A stretch of 34,850 nucleotides of DNA from a virus (Duplodnaviria; Caudoviricetes), in the IMG/VR virus record IMGVR_UViG_3300038673_000123, positions 1 to 34,850 of that record; one strand, given 5' to 3'. Each line of letters starts with the position of its first letter. Within the stretch, counting starts at the first letter, position 1. This document shows positions 8,211 through 15,183 of the stretch, one piece after another. The position numbers were made by a program, and so were the translations under genes. The notes beneath the pieces were generated by a model. It ran no database searches. It saw only the letters and a program-made list of their open reading frames with translations, and was not told the origin of the DNA.

Positions 8211-8599
8211 CCGAGCACGAAGAACAAGTAGCCCTCCGCCTACCCTGGCCACCGAGCACGAACCACACATGGGGCAAGACGCGAGACCGGCGCACGGGGA
8301 AGCCGAAGGTCTACCTAACCGTCGCCGCTCGGAGGTTCCGTGCCGACGTGGCAAGGCTCGTCATGGCAGCGCGGGCAGGGAAGAAGATTGCCGGTCCTGT
8401 CGAGGTGAGTGTCATGCTCTGCCCGCCGGACATGAGGCGCAGGGACGAGGACAACTTCGCAGGCAAGGCCCTGTTCGACGCACTGACGCACGCGGGGGTG
8501 TGGATCGATGACTCCCAGATCCGGCGCAAGACCGTCGAGTGGGGAGATGTGGTCAAAGGCGGCTGTGTGTGGGTGGCTGTAAAAGAGCTGCCAGCATAG
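8207..8599 (+). CDS. rusA: RusA family Holliday junction resolvase
   Basis: LPWPPSTN, RRRDEDN..KALFDAL, DDSQI. Confidence 0.9.
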   Translation: MTEHEEQVALRLPWPPSTNHTWGKTRDRRTGKPKVYLTVAARRFRADVARLVMAARAGKKIAGPVEVSVMLCPPDMRRRDEDNFAGKALFDALTHAGVWIDDSQIRRKTVEWGDVVKGGCVWVAVKELPA

Positions 8600-8692
8600 C
8601 CAAATTTCGCGCCAGGACGCCACGAGAGCGACGATAGCGCAAATGATGGACAACGAGCCGGAAGAGCGTGTTGAACGCGGGAGGATTGAAAT

Positions 8693-8977
8693 TTGAGCGA
8701 CATCAAGCGGGACATGGCGATGGAAAGCATGGCGAGGGTCACAGGGCCGATTACGCAGGACATGGCGTTCGGGATGCTGGCCGCACGGCTGGAGCACGCG
8801 AGGAAAGAGCATCCGGTTTTTGCGACGAGCAAGGACGCAGCGCTTGATGTGATTCTCGACGAGGCCGAGGAGTTGTCAAACGCCATCCACCGCGAAGGCC
8901 AAGCCCGTGTCATCGACGAAGCCCTGGACGTTGCGGCCACGGCCATGCGGCTGGTCATGGGGGAGGTGCAGGGATGA
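8693..8977 (+). CDS. MazG-like all-alpha hypothetical protein
   Basis: DEAEEL...EALDVAA acidic pattern; start uncertain. Confidence 0.45.
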   Translation: MSDIKRDMAMESMARVTGPITQDMAFGMLAARLEHARKEHPVFATSKDAALDVILDEAEELSNAIHREGQARVIDEALDVAATAMRLVMGEVQG

Positions 8978-9144
8978 CCGACCACGACCACATGCCGCCG
9001 ATACACCGATACACTGCGCGTTGGCTCTGCGATGACAGGATTGTGATCGTCGTGGATGGACGGGAAGTCCCTGCGACTTGGGACGAGGCCCTTTCCCTGG
9101 CAACTGCGATTACCGAGGCACTGCAACTGGAGAGACGAAGATGA
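8974..9144 (+). CDS. Small hypothetical protein (MTDHDHMPP..., 56 aa)
   Basis: GGAGGT RBS; ATGA overlaps on both ends. Confidence 0.55.
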   Translation: MTDHDHMPPIHRYTARWLCDDRIVIVVDGREVPATWDEALSLATAITEALQLERRR

Positions 9145-9392
9145 TCGATACGATCAAGAGGTTTGCCAAGTCACTGGGAAACAAGCGGCGGTATTTTATC
9201 GTTAGGTATTTGTTCGTAAACAAAGGCGGCTGGGGATGCGGAGAGTTTGGTGTGAGCGCTGATACATATCCAAACAAGGAGTATTTAATAACGTGGCTAC
9301 ATGAAAACAAAGATTGCAACGGCGCTGCGATTACCGGGATCGAGGAACTGACGAAGCGAGATTATGACGCGTACTTCTCGGAGGCCGAATGA
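9141..9392 (+). CDS. Hypothetical protein with AT-richer codon usage
   Basis: GGAG RBS, ATG 9141, coupled to neighbours. Confidence 0.55.
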   Translation: MIDTIKRFAKSLGNKRRYFIVRYLFVNKGGWGCGEFGVSADTYPNKEYLITWLHENKDCNGAAITGIEELTKRDYDAYFSEAE

Positions 9393-9625
9393 TCGAGCGC
9401 CCCACCTGCCCCGCCTGCGGATCGGAGCACACCCGCAAACTGCACGGGCCGTCACGGTTCGGGCCGTGGATGTATATGCAGCGCCATGGGTGCGTGGACT
9501 GCGGGAAGAAATTTGCGACGCTGTGGCAGGGGGAATTTTTTCGTGAGTATGAGTCGCGGGCCGAGGTCAAAGCGCGACGGGCTAAACGTGATACGGGGCA
9601 GATGATGCTGCCGGGGATGGGGTGA
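9389..9625 (+). CDS. Zinc-ribbon protein, candidate Ogr/Delta-like late activator
   Basis: CPACG...CVDCGKKFAT; immediately before terS. Confidence 0.55.
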   Translation: MIERPTCPACGSEHTRKLHGPSRFGPWMYMQRHGCVDCGKKFATLWQGEFFREYESRAEVKARRAKRDTGQMMLPGMG

Positions 9626-9626
9626 G

Positions 9627-10154
9627 ATGGGATTGACAGACAAGCAGCGCGTTTTCGTCAAGGAGTACATGCTTGACCTGAACGCGACACAAGCGGCGAT
9701 TCGTGCCGGGTACAACGAGAGGTCTGCCAGGTCTCAAGGGCAACGGCTGTTGACAAATGATGACATTCAAAAGGCGCTTCAGTCAGAACTTGCAAACAGG
9801 TCGCAGCGCGTAGCCGTTACGGCCGACCGCGTCCTTTCCGAAATCGCCAAGATTGCGTTTTCTGATGTGCGTAAAATTTTCAATGCCGATGGCTCGCTGA
9901 TCCCCATATCGAGTCTCGACGACGAAGCGGCCGCGTGCATCGCCGGATGTGACCTTGTGACGGTCAACAAGGGCGAGGGCGAGGTTGAGTATGTCGCAAA
10001 GGTCAAGATGGCCGACAAGCTCAAGGCTCTTGAACTCGCCGGAAAGCACCTCGGATTGTTCAAGGAAAACCAAGGCGCCGAAGACTTGCCGATGCCTACA
10101 CGCTTAATCGTAGAGGTCGTGGATGGACGTAAGCCAGCCCTACCGGCTGAATGA
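9627..10154 (+). CDS. terS: Terminase small subunit
   Basis: LTDKQRVFVKEYMLDLNATQAAIRAGY; KLKALELAGKHLG. Confidence 0.93.
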   Translation: MGLTDKQRVFVKEYMLDLNATQAAIRAGYNERSARSQGQRLLTNDDIQKALQSELANRSQRVAVTADRVLSEIAKIAFSDVRKIFNADGSLIPISSLDDEAAACIAGCDLVTVNKGEGEVEYVAKVKMADKLKALELAGKHLGLFKENQGAEDLPMPTRLIVEVVDGRKPALPAE

Positions 10155-11436
10155 TCGACAGGCCGAGTTCTTTCAGCTTCAGACGAAGTTCCGTGCCTAT
10201 GTGGCCGGGTTCGGCGCTGGGAAGACGTGGGCCGGGTGCGCTGGTCTGTCCAGACATTTCTTCGAGTTCCCCGGTGTGAGTGCTGGTTATTTCGCGCCAA
10301 CGTATGCCCAGATCAGGGACATCTTTTATCCGACCGTCGAGGAGTCTTTCCAAGGCTTCGGGCAGGTCGCCAAGGCCCGCGTAGGCAATCACGAGGTGGA
10401 CGTGTACCGGGGCCGGAAATACATCGGCACCGTGCTTTGCAGGTCCATGGATGATCCCGCGTCCATAGTCGGATTCAAGATCGGGCACGCCGTCGTTGAC
10501 GAGATCGACGTGATGACCTCCGACAAGGCGCGGACTGCATGGCGCAAGGTCATTGCCCGTATGCGCTATAAGATCGACGGACTGCGCAACGGGATTGACG
10601 TAACGACGACGCCGGAAGGCTTCAAGTTCACCTATGAGCAGTTCGTCAAACAAGTGCGCGAGAAGCCAGCATTGGGCGGCATGTACGCCATTATCCAGGC
10701 CAGCACCTACGACAACGAGAGGTTCTTGCCAGACGACTACATCCCGTCTCTCCGCGCATCCTACCCGCCGCAACTCATCGATGCCTACATCAACGGCCAG
10801 TTCGTCAACCTGCAAACCGGGTCCGTCTATTCGGCCTACAACCGCGAGCTGAATGATTGTCGAGACACGATCCAGCCAGGCGAAATCCTCTACATCGGCA
10901 TGGACTTCAACGTGGGCAAGATGGCGGCGGTGATACACGTCAAGCGCGACGGGATGCCCAGGGCCGTGGACGAGATAATCAACGGCTACGACACGCCCGA
11001 CATGATCCGCAAGATCAAGGATCGTTATTGGCGGCACGATGGCCGTGCCTACGTTTCGACGTGCCAGATCCGCGTTTACCCGGACGCCAGCGGTGACAGC
11101 CGGAAGTCCGTCAATGCGTCCACAACAGACATTGCAATGCTGCGCAACGCGGGATTTGGTGTGTTCGCACCGGGTAGCAACCCGCCCGTCAAGGACCGCA
11201 TCAACGCCATGAACGCCATGTTCTGCAACGCTGACGGACAGCGGCGCTACCTTGTCAACTCCGAGAAGTGCCCTACATATGCCGAGGCTTTACAGCAGCA
11301 GGCGTGGGCGGACAATGGAGAGCCAGACAAAACAAGTGGGCACGACCATTATGTTGACGCGGCTGGATATTTTGTGAACTACGAATACCCAATCAACGCC
11401 CGCCGCACCACATCCACCACAATCTCCATGCGATAG
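10123..11436 (+). CDS. terL: Terminase large subunit
   Basis: AGFGAGKT Walker A, VVDE Walker B, TTTPEG, IGMDFN nuclease, DHYVDA. Confidence 0.95.
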   Translation: MDVSQPYRLNDRQAEFFQLQTKFRAYVAGFGAGKTWAGCAGLSRHFFEFPGVSAGYFAPTYAQIRDIFYPTVEESFQGFGQVAKARVGNHEVDVYRGRKYIGTVLCRSMDDPASIVGFKIGHAVVDEIDVMTSDKARTAWRKVIARMRYKIDGLRNGIDVTTTPEGFKFTYEQFVKQVREKPALGGMYAIIQASTYDNERFLPDDYIPSLRASYPPQLIDAYINGQFVNLQTGSVYSAYNRELNDCRDTIQPGEILYIGMDFNVGKMAAVIHVKRDGMPRAVDEIINGYDTPDMIRKIKDRYWRHDGRAYVSTCQIRVYPDASGDSRKSVNASTTDIAMLRNAGFGVFAPGSNPPVKDRINAMNAMFCNADGQRRYLVNSEKCPTYAEALQQQAWADNGEPDKTSGHDHYVDAAGYFVNYEYPINARRTTSTTISMR

Positions 11437-11498
11437 TGCAGATGTGTGAAGACTGCACAGCCTGCGCTTGCCTTTTGCATCACATAATGCCGTACACT
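11436..11498 (+). promoter_or_regulatory. Putative activator-dependent late promoter 1
   Basis: GTGCAG-N11-CTGCAC-N9-TTGCCT-N19-TACACT; same architecture at 19460-19522. Confidence 0.75.
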
Positions 11499-11554
11499 GC
11501 ACCCAAACATAACGCCGAAGCCGGGGCGAGATTGCCGCGCATTGTGGGGTGGGG

Positions 11555-11881
11555 ATGGAATTGAGCGGACTTGAACAGACGTTGATTGGAGTGCTGATAG
11601 CGGGCGGTGGCTCATGCCTCGGCTACGTCATCGGGATGCGCGGCAAAATGACGCTCTCGGACTGCCAGAGATGCCAGGGCGCTTGTTCCGAGCGGATGCA
11701 AGTCAAACTGGACGCCATGGCGTCGAAATACGCTGAACTGTCCACTCGCCAGGACCGACTCGACACCGGCATTGACGACAAGCTCGACATCCTTTTCCGA
11801 ATGGTCCGCGCTATTGTGATGCACCTGCCAATCGACGCCGAAACAAAGTCCGAGATCATCAACGAGAGGGCGGGGCGATGA
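11555..11881 (+). CDS. Lysis-module membrane protein (N-terminal TM plus coiled coil)
   Basis: TLIGVLIAGGGSCLGYVIG TM; coupled to the endolysin. Confidence 0.55.
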   Translation: MELSGLEQTLIGVLIAGGGSCLGYVIGMRGKMTLSDCQRCQGACSERMQVKLDAMASKYAELSTRQDRLDTGIDDKLDILFRMVRAIVMHLPIDAETKSEIINERAGR

Positions 11882-12321
11882 ACTACACCCAGACCGAGCT
11901 TGACCTCATCCGCGACGAAGGAATCCGGCTCCGCGTCTACAAGTGCACAGCCGGGCACCTGACCATAGGCGTGGGCCACAAGCTGACCGAACGCGAGTTG
12001 CTGCAAGGGCTCTCCGAAATCTCCCTCGAACAGGCTGGGTATCTCCTACACATGGACATCGGGATCGCAATGAACGGTTGCGCGTCCATCTTCGGGCGTG
12101 ACAGCTTCGACAGATTTACCGAGGCGCGGCAACGTGCGCTGGTCAATATGTGTTTCCAGCTCGGGACAATGGGCCTGTCCAAATTTCAAAAGATGATCGC
12201 GGGAATCATGGTCGGCGATTGGGCAACGGCCCGCGTCGAGGCGTTGAATAGCAAATGGGCGCGTGAAGACAGCCCGGAGCGTGCGCGGCGTGTCGCGGCG
12301 ATGCTTGAGAGAGGTGCGTGA
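11878..12321 (+). CDS. Endolysin, GH24/T4-type lysozyme
   Basis: DEGIRLRVYKCTAGHLTIGVGH; NMCFQLG; SKWA..PERARR. Confidence 0.92.
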   Translation: MNYTQTELDLIRDEGIRLRVYKCTAGHLTIGVGHKLTERELLQGLSEISLEQAGYLLHMDIGIAMNGCASIFGRDSFDRFTEARQRALVNMCFQLGTMGLSKFQKMIAGIMVGDWATARVEALNSKWAREDSPERARRVAAMLERGA

Positions 12322-12470
12322 TGACCGGATTACCTGACGGATGGTTCGACAAGTCCCAGTATGCGGAGCGCGTTGAGGCCGAGATCAAGGCCGCTTTCAA
12401 GTGGCCGATGCGCATCTGTTCAGCCGTGGGCATTATCCTTCTGGCTCTCGCAACATGGGCGGTGATGTGA
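12321..12470 (+). CDS. 49-aa protein with C-terminal TM segment
   Basis: Read by hand (MTGLPDGW...GIILLALATWAVM); TGATG coupling on both sides. Confidence 0.55.
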   Translation: MTGLPDGWFDKSQYAERVEAEIKAAFKWPMRICSAVGIILLALATWAVM

Positions 12471-12880
12471 TGGACCTGACCGGCATAGGCGCAGTCTTCG
12501 ACTTTGGCTCTAAGGTCATCGACAAACTCTTCCCCGACAAAACCGAGGCCGAGCGGCTGAAACTCGAATTACTACGGCAGCAACAGGCAGGGGAGTTCAA
12601 AGAGCTTGAGGCCCGGTACAGCGCAATCGTGGCCGAGGCGCAGAGCGCAGACCCTTGGACGAGTCGGGCTAGGCCGTCATTCATGTACGTCATGTACCTG
12701 ATGATCCTTGCGTCCATCCCCATGGGATTCCTGTTTGCGTTCCGCCCTGACGTAGCCATGGCGGTGACGGCGGGTGTCAAGAACTGGCTGGCCGCGCTGC
12801 CCGAGGAAATGTGGTGGCTGTTTGGCGCTGGGTATCTCGGCTACTCCGGGGCGCGAATGTTCGAGAAGGTCAAGCGGTAA
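12470..12880 (+). CDS. Holin (3TM/GTA-type)
   Basis: GSKVIDKLFPD, SRARP, YLGYSGARMFEK. Confidence 0.8.
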   Translation: MDLTGIGAVFDFGSKVIDKLFPDKTEAERLKLELLRQQQAGEFKELEARYSAIVAEAQSADPWTSRARPSFMYVMYLMILASIPMGFLFAFRPDVAMAVTAGVKNWLAALPEEMWWLFGAGYLGYSGARMFEKVKR

Positions 12881-13062
12881 TGCTCGACTGTGACCGCATC
12901 TCCAAGGGCTGGCAAGTCTGGCTGACACCGAGACAGACACGGATCATCCACGACGCACTTGTGCGGCATGAGGCCAACGTGGGCGAGTCCGAGCACCACG
13001 CGAAGCTCGTTGAGTGGTTCGGCGCGGAGGTCGAAGCCAAGGCAAAAATTTCGGCGTTGTGA
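12880..13062 (+). CDS. Small hypothetical protein
   Basis: TAATG coupling to the holin. Confidence 0.5.
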   Translation: MLDCDRISKGWQVWLTPRQTRIIHDALVRHEANVGESEHHAKLVEWFGAEVEAKAKISAL

Positions 13063-13070
13063 AACGTCAA

Positions 13071-13251
13071 GCCCCCGCGCCCGTGCGGAGGTGATCCAAA
13101 TCTAACCATCCCGAGCACGTCCTCGAAATGGTCCTTGTTTTACCGGGCGCGGGGCAAATCTTTCGGCAATATCTCCCTTTGCAGGCGAGAAAACCCGACG
13201 CCCGCCGGGGGAGGGGCCAACTCCCCCGGCAATTATTCGGAAAATCCGAAT
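13071..13251 (+). ncRNA. Structured intergenic RNA candidate with a caged extended Shine-Dalgarno sequence
   Basis: 11-bp stem 13073-13083/13144-13154 enclosing GGAGGTGATCCA; 10-bp hairpin 13204-13230; 7-bp hairpin 13235-13251. Confidence 0.45.
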
Positions 13252-13371
13252 CACTTGGAGGCATATGCACCAACGACGCAAGAGGATGCAACGCAAGCTC
13301 GGATACAACTCATGCAGGGTCGGCGCGATAATGTGCCAGGAAAAACGCAACTGCCGCCATCGGAGGCGATA

Positions 13372-13554
13372 ATGGCCAAAATGCCACAAATGATTGACCT
13401 GCTTCTGAATCTGGGAATTGAGCGAATTTCCAAGCTCGAATGCTTGCGTGTCGAGTGCGTTCACAATCGCATGACAGACTGCAACCTCAAGGCTGTCTCC
13501 CTCGACGGCGACGGGCGGTGCACGAACTTCGCGCAGAAGCGCCCGAAGGAATAG
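13372..13554 (+). CDS. Small Cys-rich protein (DUF1540-like pattern)
   Basis: C.RVECVHN...C......DGRC..F; GGAGG RBS. Confidence 0.55.
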   Translation: MAKMPQMIDLLLNLGIERISKLECLRVECVHNRMTDCNLKAVSLDGDGRCTNFAQKRPKE

Positions 13555-13557
13555 CAC

Positions 13558-15078
13558 ATGGAAGACAATTCGAAGATCGCGCAGAGGGCGCCGGAGTGGA
13601 GCGAGCAGAAGGCCGCGCTGGAACTGCCGGATACGCTACTCGGAGGCACCAAGGCCATGCGTGCGGCCGGAACGCGGTACCTCCGCAAGGGTGAGGCTGA
13701 AGCGCAGGCCGACTACGATTTGCGCCTGCACTCCACGACGCTGACGGACAGCTATCCTCGCACGCTCAACTTTCTGACCGGGCAGGTGTTTTCCAAGGGC
13801 GTGACGCTCGAAGACGAGACTGCCGAAATCCAGGCGCTGACCGAGAACATCGACAACAAGGGCAACAATCTTTCGGTGTTCTCGGCACGGGCTTTTCGCA
13901 GCGGCCTGCACGCGGGCGTGTCGTTCATTTTGGTGGACTTCTCCAAGGTCAAGACCCGCGAAACCGAGAACGGGCGTGAGTACCTGGCAGACGAAGAAAC
14001 AGATACTTGGAAGCCCCGCACCCTGGCCGCTGCGCAGGAAAACGGGTGGCGTCCCTACTGGGTGCTCATTGAGGCCGGGTCCGTCATCGACGTATGGACG
14101 CGGATCGTCAACGGCGTGCAGGTGATTGAGCAGTTCCGCTACTTCGAACCAGCCGTGGTTGAGGATGGCCCTTGGCAGCGCAAGGCTAAGACCGAGCGCA
14201 TCCGCGTCCTTCGGCCAGGATCGTGGGAGGTCTGGGAGGAGCAGGAAGGGAGCGACCGGAAAAAGGCGTGGATGAAGGTGGACAGCGGGACGACCGACTT
14301 GGATGTTATTCCAGTGGCCGCGTTCATCCCCGGCGAGAGCAAGAGCGAATACACCGCGCTCCCGGCCCTGCAAGGTTTGGTGGACCTGTGTGAAACGCAT
14401 TGGCAGGCGTCGAGCGGTCATCGGCACCTCATGGACTGGGTGCGGCGACCGGCCTTTTTCGGCAAGATGCTTGGCATGGGCGACGGGACGCCAGTGGCCT
14501 TCGGCCCGAATCGGCTGATTGAGAGCTACAGCCCCGACGCGGATCTCAAATCGGTGGGCGTGGACTCTGCCAGCGTCGAGGCCAGCCAAGGAGATTTACA
14601 GCGCATCGAATCCGCGATGGCCCTCTACGGCCTGCGACTGCTCATGCCCCGCTCCGGCAACACGACGGCCACGCAGCACACCCTTGAATCTGCCGAGTCG
14701 GACAGCGCCCTCAAGCGGTGGGCAAAGGCGTTCGAGGATTGCCTCGAAAGGTGTTTTCAGTTCACAGCCATGTGGATGGACATCAAAATGACGAAGGCGG
14801 CAGGCGCAAAACTGAACGATGACTTTGCGAAGGTCTTTGACCCAGAAGTGGCCAGAATGGTCATTGAGGCCGTTACGGGCAGAATCTTCCCCCGAGAGAT
14901 GGCCTATGATTCTCTGAAGTCTATTCTTCCGGTGCGGGACGATCTCCCGTACAAAGAGGCGGTGCTGATGATGGAGAACGATGACCGGGCGACTCGGACG
15001 GGGATGTCCCTTGACGCACAGACGATAGCGAAGGGGACTCTCGGTCAGACACAGGGACAGGCACAAGGGCCGACATGA
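13558..15078 (+). CDS. Portal protein (DUF4055-like)
   Basis: LGGTKAMRAAG..YL, NIDNKGNNL, RPYWV; 506 aa; lies before MuF. Confidence 0.88.
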   Translation: MEDNSKIAQRAPEWSEQKAALELPDTLLGGTKAMRAAGTRYLRKGEAEAQADYDLRLHSTTLTDSYPRTLNFLTGQVFSKGVTLEDETAEIQALTENIDNKGNNLSVFSARAFRSGLHAGVSFILVDFSKVKTRETENGREYLADEETDTWKPRTLAAAQENGWRPYWVLIEAGSVIDVWTRIVNGVQVIEQFRYFEPAVVEDGPWQRKAKTERIRVLRPGSWEVWEEQEGSDRKKAWMKVDSGTTDLDVIPVAAFIPGESKSEYTALPALQGLVDLCETHWQASSGHRHLMDWVRRPAFFGKMLGMGDGTPVAFGPNRLIESYSPDADLKSVGVDSASVEASQGDLQRIESAMALYGLRLLMPRSGNTTATQHTLESAESDSALKRWAKAFEDCLERCFQFTAMWMDIKMTKAAGAKLNDDFAKVFDPEVARMVIEAVTGRIFPREMAYDSLKSILPVRDDLPYKEAVLMMENDDRATRTGMSLDAQTIAKGTLGQTQGQAQGPT

Positions 15079-15149
15079 GCCGCGCCCGTCCCTCGTTGAC
15101 CTTCGCTTGGCGGCGGGGAGTGTTGACGTTGATAATCATGCGCAACCAC

Positions 15150-15171
15150 AGGCCGGGAGACCGGCCTTTTT
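15150..15171 (+). terminator. Rho-independent terminator between portal and MuF
   Basis: AGGCCGG-GAGA-CCGGCCT followed by a T-tract. Confidence 0.7.
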
Positions 15172-15183
15172 CATGGGGTACGG

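Noticed and set aside
8600-8700. Imperfect dyad in the rusA downstream gap (AAATTT...AAATTT)
   Set aside because: Symmetry too weak to support a site by eye.
13135-13371. N-terminal extension of the 139-aa ORF 13135-13554
   Set aside because: Runs through hairpins; a better RBS and start exist at 13372.
10096-14589. 313-aa and 317-aa antisense ORFs over terL and portal
   Set aside because: Shadow frames of strongly conserved genes.
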